Assembly (NCBI GenBank): GCA_030390025.1
Contig: JASTWF010000325.1
Coordinates: forward strand, 186,001-250,000
From: Squalus acanthias
Lineage: Eukaryota
Direction of reading: 5' to 3'
Length of the DNA stretch: 64,000 bases
A program made the position numbers and the translations under genes. The notes under the pieces were generated by a model. It ran no database searches. It worked only from the letters and a program-made list of their open reading frames with translations, and had not been told where the DNA came from. Below, piece by piece: positions 30,701 through 46,539 of this stretch; the first letter of the stretch is position 1, and each line of letters starts with the position of its first letter.

Positions 30701-33700
30701 ATTGTACCTGGACAGTGTATATTGATTGTACCTGGACAGTGTATATAGATTGTACCTGGACAGTGTATATAGATTGTACCTGGACAGTGTATATTGATTG
30801 TACCTGGACAGTGTATATAGATTGTACCTGGACAGTGTATATAGATTGTACCTGGACAGTGTATATAGATTGTACCTGGACAGTGTATATTGATTGTACC
30901 TGGACAGTGTATATAGATTGTACCTGGACAGTGTATATTGATTGTACCTGGACAGTGTATATAGATTGTACCTGGACAGTGTATATTGATTGTACCTGGA
31001 CAGTGTATATAGATTGTACCTGGACAGTGTATATAGATTGTACCTGGACAGTGTATATAGATTGTACCTGGACAGTGTATATTGATTGTACCTGGACAGT
31101 GTATATAGATTGTACCTGGACAGTGTATATAGATTGTACCTGGACAGTGTATATAGATTGTACCTGGACAGTGTATATTGATTGTACCTGGACAGTGTAT
31201 ATAGATTGTACCTGGACAGTGTATATTGATTGTACCTGGACAGTGTATATAGATTGTACCTGGACAGTGTATATTGATTGTACCTGGACAGTGTATATAG
31301 ATTGTACCTGGACAGTGTATATAGATTGTACCTGGACAGTGTATATTGATTGTACCTGGACAGTGTATATAGATTGTACCTGGACAGTGTATATAGATTG
31401 TACCTGGACAGTGTATATAGATTGTACCTGGACAGTGTATATTGATTGTACCTGGACAGTGTATATAGATTGTACCTGGACAGTGTATATAGATTGTACC
31501 TGGACAGTGTATATTGATTGTACCTGGACAGTGTATATTGATTGTACCTGGACAGTGTATATAGATTGTACCTGGACAGTGTATATAGATTGTACCTGGA
31601 CAGTGTATATAGATTGTACCTGGACAGTGTATATAGATTGTACCTGGACAGTGTATATTGATTGTACCTGGACAGTGTATATAGATTGTACCTGGACAGT
31701 GTATATAGATTGTACCTGGACAGTGTATATAGATTGTACCTGGACAGTGTATATAGATTGTACCTGGACAGTGTATATAGATTGTACCTGGACAGTGTAT
31801 ATAGATTGTACCTGGACAGTGTATATAGATTGTACCTGGACAGTGTATATAGATTGTACCTGGACAGTGTATATAGATTGTACCTGGACAGTGTATATAG
31901 ATTGTACCTGGACAGTGTATATTGATTGTACCTGGACAGTGTATATAGATTGTACCTGGACAGTGTATATTGATTGTACCTGGACAGTGTATATAGATTG
32001 TACCTGGACAGTGTATATTGATTGTACCTGGACAGTGTATATTGATTGTACCTGGACAGTGTATATAGATTGTACCTGGACAGTGTATATTGATTGTACC
32101 TGGACAGTGTATATTGATTGTACCTGGACAGTGTATATAGATTGTACCTGGACAGTGTATATTGATTGTACCTGGACAGTGTATATAGATTGTACCTGGA
32201 CAGTGTATATTGATTGTACCTGGACAGTGTATATAGATTGTACCTGGACAGTGTATATTGATTGTACCTGGACAGTGTATATAGATTGTACCTGGACAGT
32301 GTATATAATTGTACCTGGACAGTGTATATTGATTGTACCTGGACAGTGTATATAGATTGTACCTGGACAGTGTATATTGATTGTACCTGGACAGTGTATA
32401 TTGATTGTACCTGGACAGTGTATATTGATTGTACCTGGACAGTGTATATAGATTGTACCTGGACAGTGTATATAGATTGTACCTGGACAGTGTATATAGA
32501 TTGTACCTGGACAGTGTATATAGATTGTACCTGGACAGTGTATATAGATTGTACCTGGACAGTGTATATAGATTGTACCTGGACAGTGTATATTGATTGT
32601 ACCTGGACAGTGTATATAGATTGTACCTGGACAGTGTATATAGATTGTACCTGGACAGTGTATATAGATTGTACCTGGACAGTGTATATAGATTGTACCT
32701 GGACAGTGTATATAGATTGTACCTGGACAGTGTATATAGATTGTACCTGGACAGTGTATATAGATTGTACCTGGACAGTGTATATAGATTGTACCTGGAC
32801 AGTGTATATATGATTGTACCTGGACAGTGTATATAGATTGTACCTGGACAGTGTATATAGATTGTACCTGGACAGTGTATATTGATTGTACCTGGACAGT
32901 GTATATAGATTGTACCTGGACAGTGTATATTGATTGTACCTGGACAGTGTATATAGATTGTACCTGGACAGTGTATATTGATTGTACCTGGACAGTGTAT
33001 ATTGATTGTACCTGGACAGTGTATATAGATTGTACCTGGACAGTGTATATAGATTGTACCTGGACAGTGTATATAGATTGTACCTGGACAGTGTATATAG
33101 ATTGTACCTGGACAGTGTATATAGATTGTACCTGGACAGTGTATATAGATTGTACCTGGACAGTGTATATTATTGTACCTGGACAGTGTATATAGATTGT
33201 ACCTGGACAGTGTATATTGATTGTACCTGGACAGTGTATATAGATTGTACCTGGACAGTGTATATTGATTGTACCTGGACAGTGTATATAGATTGTACCT
33301 GGACAGTGTATATTGATTGTACCTGGACAGTGTATATTGATTGTACCTGGACAGTGTATATAGATTGTACCTGGACAGTGTATATTGATTGTACCTGGAC
33401 AGTGTATATTGATTGTACCTGGACAGTGTATATAGATTGTACCTGGACAGTGTATATTGATTGTACCTGGACAGTGTATATAGATTGTACCTGGACAGTG
33501 TATATTGATTGTACCTGGACAGTGTATATTGATTGTACCTGGACAGTGTATATTGATTGTACCTGGACAGTGTATATTGATTGTACCTGGACAGTGTATA
33601 TTGATTGTACCTGGACAGTGTATATAGATTGTACCTGGACAGTGTATATTGATTGTACCTGGACAGTGTATATTGATTGTACCTGGACAGTGTATATTGA

Positions 33701-36700
33701 TTGTACCTGGACAGTGTATATAGATTGTACCTGGACAGTGTATATTGATTGTACCTGGACAGTGTATATTGATTGTACCTGGACAGTGTATATAGATTGT
33801 ACCTGGACAGTGTATATTGATTGTACCTGGACAGTGTATATTGATTGTACCTGGACAGTGTATATTGATTGTACCTGGACAGTGTATATTGATTGTACCT
33901 GGACAGTGTATATTGATTGTACCTGGACAGTGTATATTGATTGTACCTGGACAGTGTATATTGATTGTACCTGGACAGTGTATATTGATTGTACCTGGAC
34001 AGTGTATATAGATTGTACCTGGACAGTGTATATAGATTGTACCTGGACAGTGTATATAGATTGTACCTGGACAGTGTATATAGATTGTACCTGGACAGTG
34101 TATAGATTGTACCTGGACAGTGTATATAGATTGTACCTGGACAGTGTATATAGATTGTACCTGGACAGTGTATATAGATTGTACCTGGACAGTGTATATA
34201 GATTGTACCTGGACAGTGTATATTGATTGTACCTGGACAGTGTATATAGATTGTACCTGGACAGTGTATATTGATTGTACCTGGACAGTGTATATAGATT
34301 GTACCTGGACAGTGTATATTGATTGTACCTGGACAGTGTATATTGATTGTACCTGGACAGTGTATATAGATTGTACCTGGACAGTGTATATAGATTGTAC
34401 CTGGACAGTGTATATAGATTGTACCTGGACAGTGTATATAGATTGTACCTGGACAGTGTATATAGATTGTACCTGGACAGTGTATATAGATTGTACCTGG
34501 ACAGTGTATATAGATTGTACCTGGACAGTGTATATTAATTGTACCTGGACAGTGTATATAGATTGTACCTGGACAGTGTATATAGATTGTACCTGGACAG
34601 TGTATATAGATTGTACCTGGACAGTGTATATTGATTGTACCTGGACAGTGTATATTGATTGTACCTGGACAGTGTATATAGATTGTACCTGGACAGTGTA
34701 TATAGATTGTACCTGGACAGTGTATATTGATTGTACCTGGACAGTGTATATTGATTGTACCTGGACAGTGTATATAGATTGTACCTGGACATCGTATATG
34801 GATTGTACCTGGACAGTGTATATTGATTGTACCTGGACAGTGTATATAGATTGTACCTGGACAGTGTATATAGATTGTACCTGGACAGTGTATATTGATT
34901 GTACCTGGACAGTGTATATTGATTGTACCTGGACAGTGTATATAGATTGTACCTGGACAGTGTATATAGATTGTACCTGGACAGTGTATATAGATTGTAC
35001 CTGGACAGTGTATATTGATTGTACCTGGACAGTGTATATTGATTGTACCTGGACAGTGTATATAGATTGTACCTGGACAGTGTATATAGATTGTACCTGG
35101 ACAGTGTATATTGATTGTACCTGGACAGTGTATATAGATTGTACCTGGACAGTGTATATTGATTGTACCTGGACAGTGTATATTGATTGTACCTGGACAG
35201 TGTATATAGATTGTACCTGGACAGTGTATATTGATTGTACCTGGACAGTGTATATAGATTGTACCTGGACAGTGTATATAGATTGTACCTGGACAGTGTA
35301 TATTGATTGTACCTGGACAGTGTATATAGATTGTACCTGGACAGTGTATATAGATTGTACCTGGACAGTGTATATAGATTGTACCTGGACAGTGTATATA
35401 GATTGTACCTGGACAGTGTATATAGATTGTACCTGGACAGTGTATATAGATTGTACCTGGACAGTGTATATAGATTGTACCTGGACAGTGTATATTGATT
35501 GTACCTGGACAGTGTATATAGATTGTACCTGGACAGTGTATATTGATTGTACCTGGACAGTGTATATAGATTGTACCTGGACAGTGTATATAGATTGTAC
35601 CTGGACAGTGTATATTGATTGTACCTGGACAGTGTATATTGATTGTACCTGGACAGTGTATATTGATTGTACCTGGACAGTGTATATAGATTGTACCTGG
35701 ACAGTGTATATTGATTGTACCTGGACAGTGTATATAGATTGTACCTGGACAGTGTATATTGATTGTACCTGGACAGTGTATATAGATTGTACCTGGACAG
35801 TGTATATAGATTGTACCTGGACAGTGTATATTGATTGTACCTGGACAGTGTATATAGATTGTACCTGGACAGTGTATATAGATTGTACCTGGACAGTGTA
35901 TATTGATTGTACCTGGACAGTGTATATTGATTGTACCTGGACAGTGTATATTGATTGTACCTGGACAGTGTATATTGATTGTACCTGGACAGTGTATATA
36001 GATTGTACCTGGACAGTGTATATAGATTGTACCTGGACAGTGTATATAGATTGTACCTGGACAGTGTATATTGATTGTACCTGGACAGTGTATATAGATT
36101 GTACCTGGACAGTGTATATAGATTGTACCTGGACAGTGTATATAGATTGTACCTGGACAGTGTATATAGATTGTACCTGGACAGTGTATATAGATTGTAC
36201 CTGGACAGTGTATATTGATTGTACCTGGACAGTGTATATAGATTGTACCTGGACAGTGTATATAGATTGTACCTGGACAGTGTATATTGATTGTACCTGG
36301 ACAGTGTATATAGATTGTACCTGGACAGTGTATATAGATTGTACCTGGACAGTGTATATAGATTGTACCTGGACAGTGTATATAGATTGTACCTGGACAG
36401 TGTATATAGATTGTACCTGGACAGTGTATATTGATTGTACCTGGACAGTGTATATTGATTGTACCTGGACAGTGTATATTGATTGTACCTGGACAGTGTA
36501 TATAGATTGTACCTGGACAGTGTATATTGATTGTACCTGGACAGTGTATATTGATTGTACCTGGACAGTGTATATAGATTGTACCTGGACAGTGTATATA
36601 GATTGTACCTGGACAGTGTATATAGATTGTACCTGGACAGTGTATATAGATTGTACCTGGACAGTGTATATAGATTGTACCTGGACAGTGTATATAGATT

Positions 36701-39700
36701 GTACCTGGACAGTGTATATAGATTGTACCTGGACAGTGTATATAGATTGTACCTGGACAGTGTATATAGATTGTACCTGGACAGTGTATATAGATTGTAC
36801 CTGGACAGTGTATATTGATTGTACCTGGACAGTGTATATTGATTGTACCTGGACAGTGTATATTGATTGTACCTGGACAGTGTATATAGATTGTACCTGG
36901 ACAGTGTATATAGATTGTACCTGGACAGTGTATATTGATTGTACCTGGACAGTGTATATAGATTGTACCTGGACAGTGTATATAGATTGTACCTGGACAG
37001 TGTATATAGATTGTACCTGGACAGTGTATATAGATTGTACCTGGACAGTGTATATTGATTGTACCTGGACAGTGTATATAGATTGTACCTGGACAGTGTA
37101 TATTGATTGTACCTGGACAGTGTATATAGATTGTACCTGGACAGTGTATATAGATTGTACCTGGACAGTGTATATTGATTGTACCTGGACAGTGTATATT
37201 GATTGTACCTGGACAGTGTATATAGATTGTACCTGGACAGTGTATATAGATTGTACCTGGACAGTGTATATTGATTGTACCTGGACAGTGTATATTGATT
37301 GTACCTGGACAGTGTATATAGATTGTACCTGGACAGTGTATATAGATTGTACCTGGACAGTGTATATTGATTGTACCTGGACAGTGTATATTGATTGTAC
37401 CTGGACAGTGTATATAGATTGTACCTGGACAGTGTATATAGATTGTACCTGGACAGTGTATATTGATTGTACCTGGACAGTGTATATAGATTGTACCTGG
37501 ACAGTGTATATAGATTGTACCTGGACAGTGTATATAGATTGTACCTGGACAGTGTATATAGATTGTACCTGGACAGTGTATATTGATTGTACCTGGACAG
37601 TGTATATAGATTGTACCTGGACAGTGTATATTGATTGTACCTGGACAGTGTATATAGATTGTACCTGGACAGTGTATATTGATTGTACCTGGACAGTGTA
37701 TATAGATTGTACCTGGACAGTGTATATTGATTGTACCTGGACAGTGTATATAGATTGTACCTGGACAGTGTATATAGATTGTACCTGGACAGTGTATATT
37801 GATTGTACCTGGACAGTGTATATTGATTGTACCTGGACAGTGTATATAGATTGTACCTGGACAGTGTATATAGATTGTACCTGGACAGTGTATATAGATT
37901 GTACCTGGACAGTGTATATTGATTGTACCTGGACAGTGTATATAGATTGTACCTGGACAGTGTATATAGATTGTACCTGGACAGTGTATATAGATTGTAC
38001 CTGGACAGTGTATATTGATTGTACCTGGACAGTGTATATAGATTGTACCTGGACAGTGTATATAGATTGTACCTGGACAGTGTATATAGATTGTACCTGG
38101 ACAGTGTATATTGATTGTACCTGGACAGTGTATATAGATTGTACCTGGACAGTGTATATAGATTGTACCTGGACAGTGTATATAGATTGTACCTGGACAG
38201 TGTATATAGATTGTACCTGGACAGTGTATATAGATTGTACCTGGACAGTGTATATAGATTGTACCTGGACAGTGTATATAGATTGTACCTGGACAGTGTA
38301 TATAGATTGTACCTGGACAGTGTATATAGATTGTACCTGGACAGTGTATATAGATTGTACCTGGACAGTGTATATAGATTGTACCTGGACAGTGTATATA
38401 GATTGTACCTGGACAGTGTATATAGATTGTACCTGGACAGTGTATATTGATTGTACCTGGACAGTGTATATAGATTGTACCTGGACAGTGTATATAGATT
38501 GTACCTGGACAGTGTATATAGATTGTACCTGGACAGTGTATATAGATTGTACCTGGACAGTGTATATTGATTGTACCTGGACAGTGTATATTGATTGTAC
38601 CTGGACAGTGTATATTGATTGTACCTGGACAGTGTATATAGATTGTACCTGGACAGTGTATATAGATTGTACCTGGACAGTGTATATTGATTGTACCTGG
38701 ACAGTGTATATTGATTGTACCTGGACAGTGTATATAGATTGTACCTGGACAGTGTATATTGATTGTACCTGGACAGTGTATATAGATTGTACCTGGACAG
38801 TGTATATTGATTGTACCTGGACAGTGTATATTGATTGTACCTGGACAGTGTATATTGATTGTACCTGGACAGTGTATATTGATTGTACCTGGACAGTGTA
38901 TATTGATTGTACCTGGACAGTGTATATAGATTGTACCTGGACAGTGTATATAGATTGTACCTGGACAGTGTATATAGATTGTACCTGGACAGTGTATATA
39001 GATTGTACCTGGACAGTGTATATAGATTGTACCTGGACAGTGTATATAGATTGTACCTGGACAGTGTATATAGATTGTACCTGGACAGTGTATATTGATT
39101 GTACCTGGACAGTGTATATAGATTGTACCTGGACAGTGTATATAGATTGTACCTGGACAGTGTATATAGATTGTACCTGGACAGTGTATATAGATTGTAC
39201 CTGGACAGTGTATATAGATTGTACCTGGACAGTGTATATAGATTGTACCTGGACAGTGTATATAGATTGTACCTGGACAGTGTATATAGATTGTACCTGG
39301 ACAGTGTATATTGATTGTACCTGGACAGTGTATATAGATTGTACCTGGACAGTGTATATTGATTGTACCTGGACAGTGTATATAGATTGTACCTGGACAG
39401 TGTATATTGATTGTACCTGGACAGTGTATATGATTGTACCTGGACAGTGTATATAGATTGTACCTGGACAGTGTATATAGATTGTACCTGGACAGTGTAT
39501 ATAGATTGTACCTGGACAGTGTATATAGATTGTACCTGGACAGTGTATATAGATTGTACCTGGACAGTGTATATAGATTGTACCTGGACAGTGTATATAG
39601 ATTGTACCTGGACAGTGTATATAGATTGTACCTGGACAGTGTATATAGATTGTACCTGGACAGTGTATATTGATTGTACCTGGACAGTGTATATAGATTG

Positions 39701-42700
39701 TACCTGGACAGTGTATATTGATTGTACCTGGACAGTGTATATAGATTGTACCTGGACAGTGTATATTGATTGTACCTGGACAGTGTATATTGATTGTACC
39801 TGGACAGTGTATATAGATTGTACCTGGACAGTGTATATAGATTGTACCTGGACAGTGTATATTGATTGTACCTGGACAGTGTATATTGATTGTACCTGGA
39901 CAGTGTATATTGATTGTACCTGGACAGTGTATATTGATTGTACCTGGACAGTGTATATTGATTGTACCTGGACAGTGTATATTGATTGTACCTGGACAGT
40001 GTATATAGATTGTACCTGGACAGTGTATATTGATTGTACCTGGACAGTGTATATTGATTGTACCTGGACAGTGTATATTGATTGTACCTGGACAGTGTAT
40101 ATAGATTGTACCTGGACAGTGTATATTGATTGTACCTGGACAGTGTATATTGATTGTACCTGGACAGTGTATATAGATTGTACCTGGACAGTGTATATTG
40201 ATTGTACCTGGACAGTGTATATAGATTGTACCTGGACAGTGTATATAGATTGTACCTGGACAGTGTATATAGATTGTACCTGGACAGTGTATATTGATTG
40301 TACCTGGACAGTGTATATAGATTGTACCTGGACAGTGTATATAGATTGTACCTGGACAGTGTATATTGATTGTACCTGGACAGTGTATATAGATTGTACC
40401 TGGACAGTGTATATAGATTGTACCTGGACAGTGTATATAGATTGTACCTGGACAGTGTATATAGATTGTACCTGGACAGTGTATATTGATTGTACCTGGA
40501 CAGTGTATATAGATTGTACCTGGACAGTGTATATTGATTGTACCTGGACAGTGTATATTGATTGTACCTGGACAGTGTATATTGATTGTACCTGGACAGT
40601 GTATATTGATTGTACCTGGACAGTGTATATTGATTGTACCTGGACAGTGTATATAGATTGTACCTGGACAGTGTATATAGATTGTACCTGGACAGTGTAT
40701 ATAGATTGTACCTGGACAGTGTATATTGATTGTACCTGGACAGTGTATATAGATTGTACCTGGACAGTGTATATTGATTGTACCTGGACAGTGTATATAG
40801 ATTGTACCTGGACAGTGTATATAGATTGTACCTGGACAGTGTATATAGATTGTACCTGGACAGTGTATATTGATTGTACCTGGACAGTGTATATAGATTG
40901 TACCTGGACAGTGTATATAGATTGTACCTGGACAGTGTATATTGATTGTACCTGGACAGTGTATATTGATTGTACCTGGACAGTGTATATAGATTGTACC
41001 TGGACAGTGTATATAGATTGTACCTGGACAGTGTATATAGATTGTACCTGGACAGTGTATATTGATTGTACCTGGACAGTGTATATAGATTGTACCTGGA
41101 CAGTGTATATAGATTGTACCTGGACAGTGTATATAGATTGTACCTGGACAGTGTATATAGATTGTACCTGGACAGTGTATATAGATTGTACCTGGACAGT
41201 GTATATAGATTGTACCTGGACAGTGTATATTGATTGTACCTGGACAGTGTATATAGATTGTACCTGGACAGTGTATATAGATTGTACCTGGACAGTGTAT
41301 ATTGATTGTACCTGGACAGTGTATATTGATTGTACCTGGACAGTGTATATTGATTGTACCTGGACAGTGTATATTGATTGTACCTGGACAGTGTATATTG
41401 ATTGTACCTGGACAGTGTATATTGATTGTACCTGGACAGTGTATATTGATTGTACCTGGACAGTGTATATTGATTGTACCTGGACAGTGTATATAGATTG
41501 TACCTGGACAGTGTATATTGATTGTACCTGGACAGTGTATATTGATTGTACCTGGACAGTGTATATTGATTGTACCTGGACAGTGTATATTGATTGTACC
41601 TGGACAGTGTATATAGATTGTACCTGGACAGTGTATATAGATTGTACCTGGACAGTGTATATAGATTGTACCTGGACAGTGTATATTGATTGTACCTGGA
41701 CAGTGTATATAGATTGTACCTGGACAGTGTATATAGATTGTACCTGGACAGTGTATATAGATTGTACCTGGACAGTGTATATAGATTGTACCTGGACAGT
41801 GTATATAGATTGTACCTGGACAGTGTATATAGATTGTACCTGGACAGTGTATATAGATTGTACCTGGACAGTGTATATTGATTGTACCTGGACAGTGTAT
41901 ATAGATTGTACCTGGACAGTGTATATAGATTGTACCTGGACAGTGTATATTGATTGTACCTGGACAGTGTATATAGATTGTACCTGGACAGTGTATATTG
42001 ATTGTACCTGGACAGTGTATATTGATTGTACCTGGACAGTGTATATAGATTGTACCTGGACAGTGTATATTGATTGTACCTGGACAGTGTATATTGATTG
42101 TACCTGGACAGTGTATATAGATTGTACCTGGACAGTGTATATAGATTGTACCTGGACAGTGTATATTGATTGTACCTGGACAGTGTATATAGATTGTACC
42201 TGGACAGTGTATATTGATTGTACCTGGACAGTGTATATTAGATTGTACCTGGACATGTATATAGATTGTACCTGGACAGTGGATAGATTGTACCTTGGAC
42301 AGGTATATTGATTGTACCTCGACCAGTGTATTATAGATTGTAACTGGACTGTGCATATTGCTTGTACCTGGACAGTGTATATTGATTGTGCCTGGCAGTG
42401 TTATTGATTAGTACCTGACAGTTGTATATTGATTGTACCTGGACAGTTGCTAGATTGAGTACCTGGACAGTGCTTAAATGGTTGTACCTGGATAGTGTAT
42501 ATGATTGTACCTGGACAGTGTATATTGATTGCACCTGGAGACAGGTATATTGATGTAAATGGACAGTGTATATTGATTATACCTGGACAGATGTTATATT
42601 AGATTGTACCTGGACAGTGTATGTTATTATTGGACTCAGGACATTGTATAGTAGATTGACCTGGACAGTGTATTTTGGATTGTACATGGACAGTGTATAT

Positions 42701-45700
42701 TGATTGTACCTGGAGAGTGTATATAGATTGTACCGGACAGTGTATATAGATAGTACATGGACAGTGTATATTGATTGTACCTGGAAAGTGTATATTGATT
42801 GTACCTGGACAGTGTATATAGATTGTACCTGGACAGTGTATATAGATTGTACCTGGACAGTGTATATAGATTGTACCTGGACAGTGTATATAGATTGTAC
42901 CTGGACAGTGTATATTGATTGTACCTGGACAGTGTATATTGATTGTACCTGGACAGTGTATATTGATTATACCTGGACAGTGTATATAGATTGTACCTGA
43001 CAGTGTATATAGATTGTACCTGGACAGTGTATATAGATTGTACCTGGACAGTGTATATAGATTGTACCTGGACAGTGATATAGATTGTACCTGGACAGTG
43101 TATATAGATTGTACCTGGACAGTGTATATAGATTGTACCTGGACAGTGTATATAGATTGTACCTGGACAGTGTATATAGATTGTACCTGGACAGTGTATA
43201 TAGATTGTACCTGGACAGTGTATATTGATTGTACCTGGACAGTGTATATAGATTGTACCTGGACAGTGTATATTGATTGTACCTGGACAGTGTATATTGA
43301 TTGTACCTGGACAGTGTATATAGATTGTACCTGGACAGTGTATATAGATTGTACCTGGACAGTGTATATTGATTGTACCTGGACAGTGTATATAGATTGT
43401 ACCTGGACAGTGTATATTGATTGTACCTGGACAGTGTATATAGATTGTACCTGGACAGTGTATATTGATTGTACCTGGACAGTGTATATAGATTGTACCT
43501 GGACAGTGTATATAGATTGTACCTGGACAGTGTATATTGATTGTACCTGGACAGTGTATATTGATTGTACCTGGACAGTGTATATAGATTGTACCTGGAC
43601 AGTGTATATAGATTGTACCTGGACAGTGTATATTGATTGTACCTGGACAGTGTATATTGATTGTACCTGGACAGTGTATATTGATTGTACCTGGACAGTG
43701 TATATAGATTGTACCTGGACAGTGTATATTGATTGTACCTGGACAGTGTATATAGATTGTACCTGGACAGTGTATATTGATTGTACCTGGACAGTGTATA
43801 TAGATTGTACCTGGACAGTGTATATTGATTGTACCTGGACAGTGTATATAGATTGTACCTGGACAGTGTATATAGATTGTACCTGGACAGTGTATATAGA
43901 TTGTACCTGGACAGTGTATATAGATTGTACCTGGACAGTGTATATTGATTGTACCTGGACAGTGTATATAGATTGTACCTGGACAGTGTATATTGATTGT
44001 ACCTGGACAGTGTATATAGATTGTACCTGGACAGTGTATATTGATTGTACCTGGACAGTGTATATAGATTGTACCTGGACAGTGTATATAGATTGTACCT
44101 GGACAGTGTATATAGATTGTACCTGGACAGTGTATATTGATTGTACCTGGACAGTGTATATAGATTGTACCTGGACAGTGTATATTGATTGTACCTGGAC
44201 AGTGTATATAGATTGTACCTGGACAGTGTATATTGATTGTACCTGGACAGTGTATATAGATTGTACCTGGACAGTGTATATTGATTGTACCTGGACAGTG
44301 TATATTGATTGTACCTGGACAGTGTATATAGATTGTACCTGGACAGTGTATATTGATTGTACCTGGACAGTGTATATAGATTGTACCTGGACAGTGTATA
44401 TTGATTGTACCTGGACAGTGTATATTGATTGTACCTGGACAGTGTATATTGATTGTACCTGGACAGTGTATATAGATTGTACCTGGACAGTGTATATAGA
44501 TTGTACCTGGACAGTGTATATAGATTGTACCTGGACAGTGTATATAGATTGTACCTGGACAGTGTATATAGATTGTACCTGGACAGTGTATATAGATTGT
44601 ACCTGGACAGTGTATATTGATTGTACCTGGACAGTGTATATAGATTGTACCTGGACAGTGTATATAGATTGTACCTGGACAGTGTATATAGATTGTACCT
44701 GGACAGTGTATATAGATTGTACCTGGACAGTGTATATAGATTGTACCTGGACAGTGTATATAGATTGTACCTGGACAGTGTATATAGATTGTACCTGGAC
44801 AGTGTATATAGATTGTACCTGGACAGTGTATATTGATTGTACCTGGACAGTGTATATAGATTGTACCTGGACAGTGTATATAGATTGTACCTGGACAGTG
44901 TATATAGATTGTACCTGGACAGTGTATATAGATTGTACCTGGACAGTGTATATAGATTGTACCTGGACAGTGTATATTGATTGTACCTGGACAGTGTATA
45001 TTGATTGTACCTGGACAGTGTATATTGATTGTACCTGGACAGTGTATATAGATTGTACCTGGACAGTGTATATTGATTGTACCTGGACAGTGTATATAGA
45101 TTGTACCTGGACAGTGTATATAGATTGTACCTGGACAGTGTATATTGATTGTACCTGGACAGTGTATATAGATTGTACCTGGACAGTGTATATAGATTGT
45201 ACCTGGACAGTGTATATAGATTGTACCTGGACAGTGTATATTGATTGTACCTGGACAGTGTATATTGATTGTACCTGGACAGTGTATATTGATTGTACCT
45301 GGACAGTGTATATAGATTGTACCTGGACAGTGTATATTGATTGTACCTGGACAGTGTATATAGATTGTACCTGGACAGTGTATATAGATTGTACCTGGAC
45401 AGTGTATATAGATTGTACCTGGACAGTGTATATAGATTGTACCTGGACAGTGTATATAGATTGTACCTGGACAGTGTATATAGATTGTACCTGGACAGTG
45501 TATATAGATTGTACCTGGACAGTGTATATTGATTGTACCTGGACAGTGTATATAGATTGTACCTGGACAGTGTATATAGATTGTACCTGGACAGTGTATA
45601 TAGATTGTACCTGGACAGTGTATATTGATTGTACCTGGACAGTGTATATAGATTGTACCTGGACAGTGTATATAGATTGTACCTGGACAGTGTATATTGA

Positions 45701-46539
45701 TTGTACCTGGACAGTGTATATAGATTGTACCTGGACAGTGTATATAGATTGTACCTGGACAGTGTATATAGATTGTACCTGGACAGTGTATATTGATTGT
45801 ACCTGGACAGTGTATATAGATTGTACCTGGACAGTGTATATAGATTGTACCTGGACAGTGTATATTGATTGTACCTGGACAGTGTATATAGATTGTACCT
45901 GGACAGTGTATATAGATTGTACCTGGACAGTGTATATAGATTGTACCTGGACAGTGTATATAGATTGTACCTGGACATTGTATATAGATTGTACCTGGAC
46001 AGTGTATATTGATTGTACCTGGACAGTGTATATAGATTGTACCTGGACAGTGTATATTGATTGTACCTGGACAGTGTATATAGATTGTACCTGGACAGTG
46101 TATATAGATTGTACCTGGACAGTGTATATAGATTGTACCTGGACAGTGTATATAGATTGTACCTGGACAGTGTATATAGATTGTACCTGGACAGTGTATA
46201 TAGATTGTACCTGGACAGTGTATATAGATTGTACCTGGACAGTGTATATAGATTGTACCTAGACAGTGTATATTGATTGTACCTGGACAGTGTATATTGA
46301 TTGTACCTGGACAGTGTATATTGATTGTATCTGGACAGTGTATATAGATTGTACCTGGACAGTGTATATTGATTGTACCTGGACAGTGTATATTGATTGT
46401 ACCTGGACAGTGTATATAGATTGTACCTGGACAGTGTATATTGATTGTACCTGGACAGTGTATATTGATTGTACCTGGACAGTGTATATTGATTGTACCT
46501 GAACAGTGTATATTGATTGTACCTGGACAGTGTATATAG

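Noticed and set aside
1..46200. A/T string as a deliberately encoded or functional binary code
   Set aside because: I see no framing or periodicity, and conversion or consensus noise explains it more simply. It is kept only as a statistical test under findings.
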